Shown here: piece after piece, positions 1 through 9,765 of the stretch
How the letters are laid out: each line of letters begins with the position of its first letter
How positions within the stretch are numbered: the stretch's first letter is position 1
Assembly: GCA_027065715.1 (NCBI GenBank)
Contig: JAMONO010000175.1
Coordinates: 1 to 59,628, forward strand
Length of the DNA stretch: 59,628 bases
Direction: 5' to 3'
From: Flavobacteriales bacterium
GTDB taxonomy: Bacteria > Bacteroidota > Bacteroidia > Flavobacteriales > Flavobacteriaceae
The notes under the pieces: generated by a model
Seen by the model: the letters and a program-made list of their open reading frames with translations, nothing else
Told to the model about the DNA's origin: nothing
Database searches by the model: none
Program-made: the position numbers and the translations under genes

Positions 1-1
1 A

Positions 2-217
2 AACGAAGAAATCATAAATTTTGGCAAATACAAAGGACAAAAAGTTGCCGACGTATTGCTCAAAGACAAAGGATATTACGGCTGGATCATGCATGCCGAT
101 TTTCCTTTATATACCAAAAAAATCGTAAAAAATGTCTATGACAGACTTCAATTACAGTTGGAACAAGAAAAACTGGAAGCCTTAAAAAATAAATTTAACG
201 GCGATAATAATTCATAA
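2..217 (+). CDS. C-terminal fragment of a DnaQ-like exonuclease-associated (DUF3820-like) protein; 5' end lies outside the window
   Basis: Frame 3 is open from the window edge to TAA at 215-217. The translation NEEIINFGKYKGQKVADVLLKDKGYYGWIMHADFPLYTKKIV... resembles the conserved tail of Bacteroidota exonuclease-domain proteins. The family call is from memory. Confidence 0.45.
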   Translation, partial: NEEIINFGKYKGQKVADVLLKDKGYYGWIMHADFPLYTKKIVKNVYDRLQLQLEQEKLEALKNKFNGDNNS

Positions 218-229
218 TTTTCATTGCCT

Positions 230-1045
230 ATGCTTAAATTTGTTTGGAAAAAATACAAAAAAGAACTCCTTTTTTTATTGGTGTTACTAGTCGGACTATC
301 TGCCTTATTGAGCAGGCTAAATCAATTTGGCATCAGCATGATAATAGGCGGGGTTTTGGTATATTTATACACCAAATACCAACAAACCAATCCCGCCGAA
401 CTCAAACAACTAAGACAAACCTTGCAAAATCAACAACGTGAAATTGCCGAATTAAAAAATCGAAAACTCAATGTAATCGGACTAAAAAACATTTTGGAAG
501 TCGGCTTGCTCGAAATAGATACCAACTTTACCCGAACTTGGAACGAAAAATTTGTAGAAGACGGCAAAGATTTGCACTTTATCGGCGCCTTGCAGATTCA
601 ATTGGTTGCCAAATACGGCGTCAATCTCAAAGACTTGAAAGTGCAAATAGACCACCACAACAAAATGATTTATATAAGCAACTTACAACCCAAATTTTTA
701 TCCTTTTCCGAAATCAATCACGAATGGAAAATCGCCGAAATGATGGAACATAAAAAACGACCGTGGATAATCAGCAATTATTGGAAAAAATCGGAACGCT
801 ATCAAGAGTTGCTCAATCATAAAATGGAAGAAAAACGCAAAGAATTGTATATTGAAGTCAAACAAGGTCCCGAAGAAATACAATGGTTACTCAAACCCTT
901 ATATCAACAAGTCGAAAACACCATGCGCATATTACTCAACCGCGGCGACTATGATATAGAATTTATCAAAAATACCACCGAAGATTTTTTGCCTATCGAA
1001 GCCTATTTTGAAGACGCCGCATGGCAAAAATCAATTAAAAAATAA
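230..1045 (+). CDS. Membrane-anchored hypothetical protein (possibly DUF4230-like)
   Basis: The ORF track gives 224..1045 with a TTG start; the first ATG is at 230. Two N-terminal hydrophobic helices (LLFLLVLLVGLSALL, MIIGGVLVYLY) are followed by a coiled-coil stretch (LRQTLQNQQREIAELKNRK) and a soluble domain. Confidence 0.5.
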   Translation: MLKFVWKKYKKELLFLLVLLVGLSALLSRLNQFGISMIIGGVLVYLYTKYQQTNPAELKQLRQTLQNQQREIAELKNRKLNVIGLKNILEVGLLEIDTNFTRTWNEKFVEDGKDLHFIGALQIQLVAKYGVNLKDLKVQIDHHNKMIYISNLQPKFLSFSEINHEWKIAEMMEHKKRPWIISNYWKKSERYQELLNHKMEEKRKELYIEVKQGPEEIQWLLKPLYQQVENTMRILLNRGDYDIEFIKNTTEDFLPIEAYFEDAAWQKSIKK

Positions 1046-1108
1046 CTTACAAAACGGCATGTTTTTTGAAATAACTGCATAAAACATTCAACACAACAAC
1101 ACAAACAA

Positions 1109-2725
1109 ATGTCTATGAAATATTTTTTAACCGGTATTTTATTTATTATATTTTTTATATCAAGTGCTCAAAATCTCGGTATAGGCTTACAACAAAGTAA
1201 GGTTTACAAAATGACTACCGCTCGCGTACAAAACGATTACATAATACCCGACCGACAAGGAGGATTTATAACTGTCAGCACCAAACGAAGCGGTTTTTTG
1301 GCAAATCCGCTGGTTTTTGAATCGTACGTAAATTTATATGACGAACAAATGCAACCGGTAAAAAAAATTACACTAAAACTCAACAAAGGAACCGTAAAAG
1401 GCAGTATCAAAGGAGCTTTTATCGACAAAAGACAATTGAAATTGATTAAACTCGAAAGTAATTTGCGAAAACATTATTACGCTTTCAAGATATTAAGCGG
1501 CGATATAGCACATGGAAAGAATTTTGACGAAAAAGAATTTTTTCGGCTTAACTTCAATTATCCAAAAAACGAAGTCAATTTATTTGTCAATCTTAATTCA
1601 CTATACTTCGAAAAACTTAAATATTACAGCGATGTAAACTTTTTCAATCCTAAAATATTCATCAAGTTTTCGCCTCAAAACCGATTTTTTGCACTGATTT
1701 ACAAAAGTATCAAAACAAATAACAATCTATACAAAGCAGTTATTTTTGACAATAAATTTAATAAAATATTCGAAAAAAGTTTTGGAGGAAACATACCTAA
1801 GCAATTGTTCAAAATAACCGACATGCTTGTAAGTGATACCGACGGAAGTGTATATATAACAGCTGCCGTTTACAAAAACAACCCGCACAAAAAAAGACGT
1901 TTTGTAAACACCGATAATCTGAAAAATTTTATGATTTACGAATTACGTCCCGACAAACAATACCAATATAGTGTAAAACCCAAAAAAGTAATGGAAAAAT
2001 TACACCTTGGAAAACCTGCAAATGAAGACAATGAAATATATGTTTTCGGATTTTATCGCAATCGCTATATCGATTTAAATGATATCGATGGTATTTTTCG
2101 CCTCAATTTGACAACTCATGGTCTCGGATTACTCACCGAAAATTACGCCCCGTTTAAAGTAAAGTTGGTGCACACCTCATATAATAAATCACATAAAAAT
2201 ACCAAAAATCACCAAATGATTGTTCGTAAACATTATGTTTCGAACAATGGTGATTGGCTCATCAATTCCGAAGATTTTTATATACCCTTGATGATGAAAC
2301 GCAAAGACCGAGAAGCTTCGGTTAGCGAAATTGTCGGAGATATTTTTAGCATTAAAATTTCAAAACAGGGCAATATTTACTGGTCAAAAAAAATATTCAA
2401 ACAACAAGTAGTCAAACCGCGATTGGCACTTCACTCCTATTTTAGCACACTTATTAATGGCAATAATTATATCCTGTTTACCGATTCAAAACTCAAAAAA
2501 CAAACGGGTAAAGAACCTTTTTACCTCAACAATAAAGACTTGCAAAACTTAAATGGTATTAAAATAAGCAATTCGGGTAACACCGATATTGAAATTGTCA
2601 AAGAAAATAAAAAAAGCAAATTCAGGTTTATGCCTATTGAAGGTATTATGATAAATAAAAATCAAGCCGTTATACCTGCCAAAGACCATCAATACATCAA
2701 ATTTTACAAATTGAATTTCAAATAG
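1109..2725 (+). CDS. Secreted hypothetical protein (538 aa)
   Basis: Long ORF with an N-terminal signal-like peptide (MSMKYFLTGILFIIFFISSAQ). I recognise no catalytic motif. Confidence 0.6.
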   Translation: MSMKYFLTGILFIIFFISSAQNLGIGLQQSKVYKMTTARVQNDYIIPDRQGGFITVSTKRSGFLANPLVFESYVNLYDEQMQPVKKITLKLNKGTVKGSIKGAFIDKRQLKLIKLESNLRKHYYAFKILSGDIAHGKNFDEKEFFRLNFNYPKNEVNLFVNLNSLYFEKLKYYSDVNFFNPKIFIKFSPQNRFFALIYKSIKTNNNLYKAVIFDNKFNKIFEKSFGGNIPKQLFKITDMLVSDTDGSVYITAAVYKNNPHKKRRFVNTDNLKNFMIYELRPDKQYQYSVKPKKVMEKLHLGKPANEDNEIYVFGFYRNRYIDLNDIDGIFRLNLTTHGLGLLTENYAPFKVKLVHTSYNKSHKNTKNHQMIVRKHYVSNNGDWLINSEDFYIPLMMKRKDREASVSEIVGDIFSIKISKQGNIYWSKKIFKQQVVKPRLALHSYFSTLINGNNYILFTDSKLKKQTGKEPFYLNNKDLQNLNGIKISNSGNTDIEIVKENKKSKFRFMPIEGIMINKNQAVIPAKDHQYIKFYKLNFK

Positions 2726-2730
2726 TTTTT

Positions 2731-2778
2731 AGTCCGAAAAATTTTGTCCCGAAATTTCGGGACAAAATTTTTTGGACT
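2731..2778. terminator. Bidirectional rho-independent terminator formed by a 48-nt near-perfect palindrome between convergent genes
   Basis: The sequence is agtccgaaaaattttgtcccgaaatttcgggacaaaattttttggact. The central 34 nt (2737..2770) are a perfect palindrome with core GTCCCGAAATTTCGGGAC and A/T runs on both sides. It lies between the stop of 1109..2725 (+) and the stop of nqrF (-). Confidence 0.7.
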
Positions 2779-2802
2779 GTTTTATAAATCAATTTGGTAT
2801 AA

Positions 2803-4110
2803 CTATCCGCCGAAATCGTCAAATCGAATATTTTCGGGAGGCACGCCCAAGTTTTCGAGCATACCTACTACGGCTTTGTTCATCATTGGTGGTCCGCAGA
2901 AATAATATTCGATATCTTCGGGAGTTTCATGTTTGCTCAAATAGTTATCGTATAAAGCCTGATGTACAAAACCTACAAAACCATCGCCGGGTGCTTCCAA
3001 ATTTTCTTTGATTTGCCAATCGTCTTCGGGACGCGGTTCGGACAACACCAGGTAGAATTTAAAATTGGGGAATTCTTTTTCCAAACCTCTAAAATGATCA
3101 ATATAGAACAATTCGCGTTTGCTACGTCCTCCATACCAATACGATACTTTTCTGTTGGTTTTAAGAGTTTTAAACAAATGAAACAAGTGTGAGCGCATAG
3201 GTGCCATACCGGCTCCACCACCTATATAAACCATTTCGGCATCGCTGTCTTCATTGATAAAGAACTCGCCGTAAGGTCCCGAAATTTTGACAATATCACC
3301 GGGTTTACGTGAAAAAATATAAGATGAAGCTATTCCCGGATTAACGTCCATCCAAGTGTTTTTCTCTCTATCCCAAGGTGGTGTGGCAATACGTACATTG
3401 AGCATAATACGGCGTCCTTCGGCAGGATAACTTGCCATGGAATAAGCACGAGTAACTTCTTCATCATTTTTCATTACCAAGGGCCACAAATTAAACTTAT
3501 CCCAATCTTCGCGAAACTTATCGGGTGCGCCCGGGTGTTCTTCGGGGTGTGCCGTAATGTCAATATCTTTATAATGAATAGTTGCCGGCGGCACATCGAT
3601 TTGAATATAACCTCCCGCTTTATAATTGATGTCTTCGGGTACTTCTACTATAAATTCTTTGATAAACGAAGCTACATTGTAGTTTGAAACCACTTTGGCG
3701 TCCCATTTTTTTACTCCGAAAACTTCTTCGGGAACTTCTATCTCCATATCTTCTTTTACTTTCACTTGACAACCTAAACGCCAACCTTCTTCTTTTTCTT
3801 TTAATGTAAAATGAGGTTCTTCGGTAGGCAACATATTACCTCCGCCTTTTTTTACTTTTACTTTACATTGCAAACAGGTTCCACCTCCGCCACAAGCGGA
3901 AGGCAAAAATATTTTTTCGTTAGAAAGTGTGCTCAACAACGAAGCACCGCTTTCTACTTCCAATTCTTTTTCGCCGTTTACCAATATTTTTACTTTTCCG
4001 CCGGGTAAGAGTTTGGCTTTTGCCCATAACAGCAAAACTACCAAAATCAATACGACTATCAAAAAAACCAATACACTTGCTAATATTACTTTTGTTGTAT
4101 TTTGATCCAT
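2803..4110 (-). CDS. nqrF: Na+-translocating NADH:quinone oxidoreductase subunit F
   Basis: N-terminal TM helix, a 2Fe-2S ferredoxin motif ([12 protein letters not shown]), an FAD-binding RAYSMAS and an NAD-binding [11 protein letters not shown]. It is the last gene of the nqrABCDEF order. Confidence 0.95.
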   Translation of the reverse strand: MDQNTTKVILASVLVFLIVVLILVVLLLWAKAKLLPGGKVKILVNGEKELEVESGASLLSTLSNEKIFLPSACGGGGTCLQCKVKVKKGGGNMLPTEEPHFTLKEKEEGWRLGCQVKVKEDMEIEVPEEVFGVKKWDAKVVSNYNVASFIKEFIVEVPEDINYKAGGYIQIDVPPATIHYKDIDITAHPEEHPGAPDKFREDWDKFNLWPLVMKNDEEVTRAYSMASYPAEGRRIMLNVRIATPPWDREKNTWMDVNPGIASSYIFSRKPGDIVKISGPYGEFFINEDSDAEMVYIGGGAGMAPMRSHLFHLFKTLKTNRKVSYWYGGRSKRELFYIDHFRGLEKEFPNFKFYLVLSEPRPEDDWQIKENLEAPGDGFVGFVHQALYDNYLSKHETPEDIEYYFCGPPMMNKAVVGMLENLGVPPENIRFDDFGG

Positions 4111-4128
4111 CTTCTTTATATCTTTGAG

Positions 4129-4743
4129 TTATATTTTAATTCCCATAAATGCCATAAAAGCAATTGCCATTAATCCGGTTATAATAAAGGTTATTCCTAA
4201 TCCGCGAAGAGGTGCAGGGACATTGGAATAAGAAATCTTTTCTCTGACGGCTGCCAGCAACACAATGGCTATCAGCCAGCCGATACCCGAACCAAGTCCG
4301 TAAACAATGGCTTCCGATACTTGTGTAAATTCTTTTTGTTGCATAAACAACGAACCACCCAAAATGGCACAATTGACGGCGATCAAAGGCAAGAAAATCC
4401 CCAATGACGAATAAAGTGCAGGTGCAAAACGCTCTACAAACATTTCAACCAATTGCACCATAGCGGCAATCACGGCAATAAACATGATAAAACTCAAAAA
4501 ACTCAAATCGATGTTTGCCAATGAAGGATCTAACCATTTAAGGGCTCCGGGTTGTAACAAATATTTGTCTATCAAAAAGTTTACGGGGACGGTTATAGCC
4601 AATACAAATACTACGGCTGCTCCCAAGCCCACAGCTGTTTTTACCTTTTTGGATACGGCTAAATATGAACACATACCCAAGAAAAAGGCAAAAACCATAT
4701 TTTCTATAAAAATACTACGTATAAATAAACTCCACAATTCCAT
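4129..4743 (-). CDS. nqrE: Na+-NQR subunit E
   Basis: A 204-aa polytopic membrane protein of the RnfA/NqrE type ([29 protein letters not shown]), positioned between nqrD and nqrF. Confidence 0.93.
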   Translation of the reverse strand: MELWSLFIRSIFIENMVFAFFLGMCSYLAVSKKVKTAVGLGAAVVFVLAITVPVNFLIDKYLLQPGALKWLDPSLANIDLSFLSFIMFIAVIAAMVQLVEMFVERFAPALYSSLGIFLPLIAVNCAILGGSLFMQQKEFTQVSEAIVYGLGSGIGWLIAIVLLAAVREKISYSNVPAPLRGLGITFIITGLMAIAFMAFMGIKI

Positions 4744-4756
4744 AATCTCAATTTTT

Positions 4757-5386
4757 TTATTCTTTTTCGGTTAGTTGCGGGAACATACTGCGTTGCACCC
4801 AAATAAATATTCCAACGGTAATAAGTGCCATTGCCGGCAATAACATCATGGCATTATTTACATAGCCGTGATCATATAACCATTGAGGTATTACCTTGTG
4901 GTCAAACAAAGTGCCCGAACCGAGCAATTCGCGGAAAAACGCCACAATAATCAATACCAATCCGTATCCGGCACCGTTACCTATACCGTCCAAAAACGAA
5001 TCCCAAGGCTTATTTGCCAAAGCAAAGGCTTCCAAACGTCCCATCACGATACAGTTGGTAATAATAAGTCCTACAAATACCGACAACTCTTTGCTAACAT
5101 CATAAGCATAGGCTTTTAATATTTGATCTACCAAGATAACCAAAGTTGCCACTACCAACAATTGCACTATAATACGAATACGATTAGGTATATAATTTCG
5201 CAATAAAGAAACAATTACATTGCTCAGTGCTACCACCACCATAACCGACAATGACATTACTATTGCCGGCATCAGTTTTACGGTTATTGCCAAAGCCGAA
5301 CAAATACCCAAAACCTGCACGGTTATCGGGTTGTTTTCATTTAACGGATCTTTAATCAGATCTTGCCATTTATGTTTTTTTGCCAT
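4757..5386 (-). CDS. nqrD: Na+-NQR subunit D
   Basis: A 209-aa polytopic membrane protein of the RnfE/NqrD type ([31 protein letters not shown]) in the expected operon position. Confidence 0.93.
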   Translation of the reverse strand: MAKKHKWQDLIKDPLNENNPITVQVLGICSALAITVKLMPAIVMSLSVMVVVALSNVIVSLLRNYIPNRIRIIVQLLVVATLVILVDQILKAYAYDVSKELSVFVGLIITNCIVMGRLEAFALANKPWDSFLDGIGNGAGYGLVLIIVAFFRELLGSGTLFDHKVIPQWLYDHGYVNNAMMLLPAMALITVGIFIWVQRSMFPQLTEKE

Positions 5387-5411
5387 AATATTTTATTTAT
5401 TGTTAAATCGA

Positions 5412-5430
5412 TATCCCGATACTTCGGGAG
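5412..5430 (-). promoter_or_regulatory. Conserved stem-loop, copy 1, in the nqrC-nqrD intergenic gap
   Basis: The plus-strand sequence is tatcccgatacttcgggag, with stem TCCCGA (5414..5419) pairing TCGGGA (5424..5429) around a 4-nt loop. It is identical to 7517..7535 except for one loop base and lies about 25 nt upstream of the nqrD ATG on the mRNA strand. Confidence 0.4.
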
Positions 5431-5567
5431 TTAAACGATAAATTGATAATTATTTTATTGTGTTTTTTTATTTCAATATCAGCAATGTTTAACTTCTCAA
5501 TACATTAATAAAAATACTCGAAGTAACATTGCCGTAAAAGCATCTGACACCGGTTATCCGGCATCTA

Positions 5568-6326
5568 TCATTTCTTTCTCATTTTATCAAAGAACGGAAT
5601 ATAATGTTTTAAACGTTCTTGCAACATATTGGTTACACCGTTGCTGGTTAAAGTCGAGCCCGAGATGGCATCTACTTCATGGTCTTCTTTATCTTTATTT
5701 TCGGGATCTTTGTTGCCTTTGAGCAAAGTAATACCTCTAAAAGTTCCGTCTTTGTCATAAATTTTTTCACCTTTAAATTGGTTTTCAAACCATTTTTTTG
5801 TGATTTCGGCACCCAATCCGGGTGTTTCGCCTTTGTGTCCGAATTTAACCCCTTTGACGGTATTCAAATCTCCTTCCAAAGCGATATACCCCCAAATATC
5901 GTCCCATAAACCCTTGCCGTATAGCGGAATAACATAATATTTTTGACCGTCCACCGTAGCTATGAATATAGGGAAACGTTGTGCATCGACCGGTTTTTTT
6001 ACTTCGGCTTTCATATTTATATCAAAAGCATTGACATTATTATCAACGCTACCGTCGGTTTTTAAGGCATACTGTTCGGTAAAATAGGTATTAAAGTACT
6101 TTTCAATTTGTTGATAATTCAACTTCAAACCTTCGGATTTTGCTTTTTGATTTAAAGCTTCTTTATCCAAACCGATGGTATAAAGTATATCGGTCATTTT
6201 TTCTTGTCTTACGTTTTGTTCTTGTGCGGGTTTTAAGAACATTACCGCCAACGAAAGTAAAATCGCAGACACTGTTACGACAACGGCTGCAAATAATATC
6301 GTGTATAAATTACTGTTTCTGTCCAT
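5568..6326 (-). CDS. nqrC: Na+-NQR subunit C (FMN-binding)
   Basis: N-terminal TM anchor and an FMN-attachment-type motif, DAISGSTLTS (the canonical form is SGAT). It lies between nqrB and nqrD. Confidence 0.93.
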   Translation of the reverse strand: MDRNSNLYTILFAAVVVTVSAILLSLAVMFLKPAQEQNVRQEKMTDILYTIGLDKEALNQKAKSEGLKLNYQQIEKYFNTYFTEQYALKTDGSVDNNVNAFDINMKAEVKKPVDAQRFPIFIATVDGQKYYVIPLYGKGLWDDIWGYIALEGDLNTVKGVKFGHKGETPGLGAEITKKWFENQFKGEKIYDKDGTFRGITLLKGNKDPENKDKEDHEVDAISGSTLTSNGVTNMLQERLKHYIPFFDKMRKK

Positions 6327-6337
6327 AATCTTAATAA

Positions 6338-7486
6338 TTAAGCCGTTTGTTTTTCAAATCTTTTCATTCTTTTTTTGATATTGGCTTGCACAACATAATA
6401 ATCTATGGTCGGTGCAACAACATTGAGTAACAAAATAGCCAACATAACTCCTTCGGGATAAGCCGGATTAAAAACACGTATCAGAATGGCAAATACACCG
6501 ATTAAGAAACCGTATATCCACTTACCTCGACGGGTTTGAGCGGCAGTAACGGGGTCGGTAGCCATAAATACCACACCAAAAGCCAAACCGCCTACTAACA
6601 AATGTTGCCACCAAGGCAATTGCATCAAGGTATTGGCACCCCAAAGGTTAAAAACAAGTGCCATAAGTGCGGCACCCAAAAAGCCCGAAACCATAATACG
6701 CCAGCTGGCAACACGAGTAAGTAAGAGCAAAACGGCGCCAATCAAAATCATAACAACAGAAGTTTCGCCAACACTTCCCGGTATGGTTCCCATAAACATT
6801 TCTTTCCAGGTATATGCAATCTCGTGTCCTTGTCCCAAAGCACCCAAAATGGTTTCACCCGAATAAGCATCGACAGTTTCGGGTTTGGGAATCCAAACTT
6901 CATTACCGGACATAAAAGTCGGATATGCAAAAAAAGCAAAGGCCCGTGCCGTGAGTGCCGGGTTAACAATATTCATACCTGTGCCACCAAAAACCTCCTT
7001 GCCTATAACCACGGCAAAAGCTACCGATACGGCTAATATCCACAGGGGTATGGTAACCGGCATGATCAACGGTATCAATAAACCGGAAACCAAATATCCT
7101 TCGTTTACTTCATGTCCGCGCAATACGGCAAAATAAAACTCAATACCTAATCCAACTGCATAAGAAACAATTATCATGGGCAATACTTTCCAAAAGCCGT
7201 ACATGAATTGTTCCATATTGCTCACTTCGGTGCCGGCTTGCAAATAGTATTGATGTCCGACGTTCCACATACCGAACAAAGTTGCCGGTATTAAGGCCAG
7301 CACAACGGTGAACATTACCCGTTTTAAATCGACTGCATCACGAATATGAGCACCCTTTTTGGTGGTTTCGTCGGGAGTAAACATAAAAGTAAACATCGCC
7401 ATGTAAGCCGGACGCAACTTTTCATACTTACCACCTTCGAGAAACAAGTGTTCGTATTTGTTAAAAAACTTTTCTATAAATTTCAT
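6338..7486 (-). CDS. nqrB: Na+-NQR subunit B
   Basis: A 382-aa polytopic RnfD/NqrB-type protein with DAYSGETILG (FMN-attachment region) and MATDPVT, in the expected operon position. Confidence 0.93.
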   Translation of the reverse strand: MKFIEKFFNKYEHLFLEGGKYEKLRPAYMAMFTFMFTPDETTKKGAHIRDAVDLKRVMFTVVLALIPATLFGMWNVGHQYYLQAGTEVSNMEQFMYGFWKVLPMIIVSYAVGLGIEFYFAVLRGHEVNEGYLVSGLLIPLIMPVTIPLWILAVSVAFAVVIGKEVFGGTGMNIVNPALTARAFAFFAYPTFMSGNEVWIPKPETVDAYSGETILGALGQGHEIAYTWKEMFMGTIPGSVGETSVVMILIGAVLLLLTRVASWRIMVSGFLGAALMALVFNLWGANTLMQLPWWQHLLVGGLAFGVVFMATDPVTAAQTRRGKWIYGFLIGVFAILIRVFNPAYPEGVMLAILLLNVVAPTIDYYVVQANIKKRMKRFEKQTA

Positions 7487-7516
7487 TGTTATCTTTTATT
7501 TTTTTTGATGTATCTA

Positions 7517-7535
7517 TATCCCGATATTTCGGGAG
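7517..7535 (-). promoter_or_regulatory. Conserved stem-loop, copy 2, in the nqrA-nqrB intergenic gap
   Basis: The plus-strand sequence is tatcccgatatttcgggag, with stem TCCCGA (7519..7524) pairing TCGGGA (7529..7534). It is the same 19-mer as 5412..5430 apart from one loop base and lies about 31 nt upstream of the nqrB ATG. Confidence 0.4.
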
Positions 7536-7590
7536 ATGAAACAATTAACCGAAAATTTCCGATTGCTAATTTGTATCCCCCAATAATTGT

Positions 7591-8931
7591 TTAACCTATT
7601 TCAACTTGCATGATATCCAAACCTTTGCGGATAAGTTCTTGTGTATCTATTTTAGACGAATTGATATAATCCAACAAAGCAAAGTCTTCGGGAGCTACTT
7701 CGAGTATTCCCAATTGCTCCATTTTTTCAACATCGCCCAACAAAGCGGCTTTGAGCAGGTGCACCGGATAAATATCCAAAGGCATAACCGCTTCAAATTC
7801 TTCGGTCATGACAAAAGCTCTTTCTTCGCCATACAAATTGGCATCGATGTCGAGTTCTTTTGAACTTTCAATACCGAAATTGTAAAAACCTTTTCTGTTT
7901 TTGCCAAGAAATGGCATCCAACCCATAAAACGAAGTTTATTGCCCAAAGGTATGACGGTTATTTGATTGTCATAAAAGTTCAAAAAACGGTCTTTGGTTA
8001 TATTGCTTCCCGTTAAAACATTACCACTGATGATGCGCACGTTATCATCTTTGAGTTTGTCTTTTAAAAAGTCGCTTAAATAGGCACCCGGAATTATACT
8101 GTAATATTTAGGGTCTTTTACTTGGGAGCCTGCCAACGCAATATGTCGTTCGGGACGATATTGACCTGTATTGAAAAAATTGCCGATTATGGCAACATCT
8201 GCCGGATTTACCGTCCATACACGATCGCCCTTGGCAATGGGTTCAAATTTTTCGATACTGATACTGACATTTCCAACCGGATGCGGTCCAAAAGCTTTTA
8301 CCACTTGTACACCGGTTATTTTGTCAAAATCGGAAGCTGTATTTCCATTGACGATTAAATATACGTCTCCGTCGGTGAGTTTTTTTAAGACTGTAATACC
8401 CGTTTCAAAATCTTTCATCTTGCTTTTAAGTGCAAAAGCGTAATCTACTCCCAACGGAGCCGAATCATAAGCCGAAACAAAAATAGCTTTGGGCTTGTCG
8501 TCGGGGTGCGCTATCACATCATACGGACGTTGTTTGATGGTAGCAAACAAACCGCTTTGCAAGAGCAAATCCAATATTTGAGAACGATCGGCATTCTCGG
8601 GTTTCACTACTTCAAAATTCTTGTAAGTATCGGTAGTATCCGGCTTTATTAAGATTTTTAAAATTTTACGTTTCTCACCGCGAATAATATCTTCAATGGT
8701 TCCACTAACGGGCGATGTAAATTTGATTCTATCGATATATTTATGATAAAATAATTCGTCGCCGGCATCGACGTGGTCTCCGATTTTGACAGTCAAACGC
8801 GGATTTATTCCGTAAAATTCGGTTGGTTTGACAGCATACATGGAAGCACGGGGGGCTACCTCCAAAACATGAGCCGCTCGTCCCTTTAAAGGTATGTTCA
8901 AACCTCTGTTTATTTTGACTTGTTTATACAT
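7591..8931 (-). CDS. nqrA: Na+-NQR subunit A
   Basis: A 446-aa soluble protein starting MYKQVKINRGLNIPLKG, as NqrA typically does. It is the first gene of the operon. Confidence 0.93.
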   Translation of the reverse strand: MYKQVKINRGLNIPLKGRAAHVLEVAPRASMYAVKPTEFYGINPRLTVKIGDHVDAGDELFYHKYIDRIKFTSPVSGTIEDIIRGEKRKILKILIKPDTTDTYKNFEVVKPENADRSQILDLLLQSGLFATIKQRPYDVIAHPDDKPKAIFVSAYDSAPLGVDYAFALKSKMKDFETGITVLKKLTDGDVYLIVNGNTASDFDKITGVQVVKAFGPHPVGNVSISIEKFEPIAKGDRVWTVNPADVAIIGNFFNTGQYRPERHIALAGSQVKDPKYYSIIPGAYLSDFLKDKLKDDNVRIISGNVLTGSNITKDRFLNFYDNQITVIPLGNKLRFMGWMPFLGKNRKGFYNFGIESSKELDIDANLYGEERAFVMTEEFEAVMPLDIYPVHLLKAALLGDVEKMEQLGILEVAPEDFALLDYINSSKIDTQELIRKGLDIMQVEIG

Positions 8932-9022
8932 AATCGATTAATAATTTCATTTTATTTGAAAATTCAAGCAAATTTATGAAAAACAAATGTATCAAAACTG
9001 ACATTTATCGCTTTTATTTATT

Positions 9023-9030
9023 TATTTTTG
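9023..9030 (+). promoter_or_regulatory. Candidate -7 promoter box (TAnnTTTG) for the CBS-domain gene
   Basis: TATTTTTG lies 37 nt upstream of the ATG at 9067 and matches the Bacteroidetes primary-sigma -7 consensus TAnnTTTG. Such matches are frequent in AT-rich DNA. Confidence 0.3.
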
Positions 9031-9066
9031 CTTCATGTTTAATAAATATTTTTTATACCTGTTGCC

Positions 9067-9723
9067 ATGTTAAATATTCCCGTTTATAAATTTGAAGCTT
9101 TTTCGTTTGATGACAAAATTAAAGTTGCCTTACAAACTTGTAATCAATACGGCATCAGCCACATACCTGTTGTCGAAAAGGACATTTATCGCGGCATGAT
9201 ACGCTGTGATGACATAAGTAATACTGAAAATCAAAACGATATTATAAAAAACCACACTTATTTGTTAGAAAAAGTTTATCTGTCGGATAGAATGAATTGG
9301 ACGGAAATCCTCGGTGTTATGATGCGTAATGAAGCCAATGTTTTGGGAGTTTTGGACTTGTCGGGTAAATATATCGGTGTGCGATTGCTCGATGATATTT
9401 TAAACTTGCTGACCGAAAAAACTTTTATCAACGAAAAGGGATATTTGTTGGTAATCGGCAAACCAACTACTGACTTTTCAATTAGTCAAGTAGCGCAAAT
9501 TATCGAATCGGATGGCGGAAAAATATTGGGAATTTTGCTCAACCAAAACGATAAGACCAGTCAGTTGGAAGTCAAAATACAAACTGACGACATCAATGAA
9601 ATAATTCAAACTTTTCGTCGCTACGACTACCAAATTATCAGCCAAATGGAAGAAGATTTGCACTTGCAAGAACTCAAAGAACATTCCGATTTTTTGAGAC
9701 GTTATTTGGAAATGGGCAATTGA
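9067..9723 (+). CDS. CBS-domain pair protein with a C-terminal ACT-like domain
   Basis: Two CBS-like segments (ISHIPVVEKDIYRGMI, VLGVLDLSGKYIGVRLLDDIL) are followed by a small regulatory-type domain. The gene is divergent from nqrA. Confidence 0.7.
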   Translation: MLNIPVYKFEAFSFDDKIKVALQTCNQYGISHIPVVEKDIYRGMIRCDDISNTENQNDIIKNHTYLLEKVYLSDRMNWTEILGVMMRNEANVLGVLDLSGKYIGVRLLDDILNLLTEKTFINEKGYLLVIGKPTTDFSISQVAQIIESDGGKILGILLNQNDKTSQLEVKIQTDDINEIIQTFRRYDYQIISQMEEDLHLQELKEHSDFLRRYLEMGN

Positions 9724-9765
9724 TACAAAAAAACAATCAACACCAAAAAGTATTCATTATAAGTC

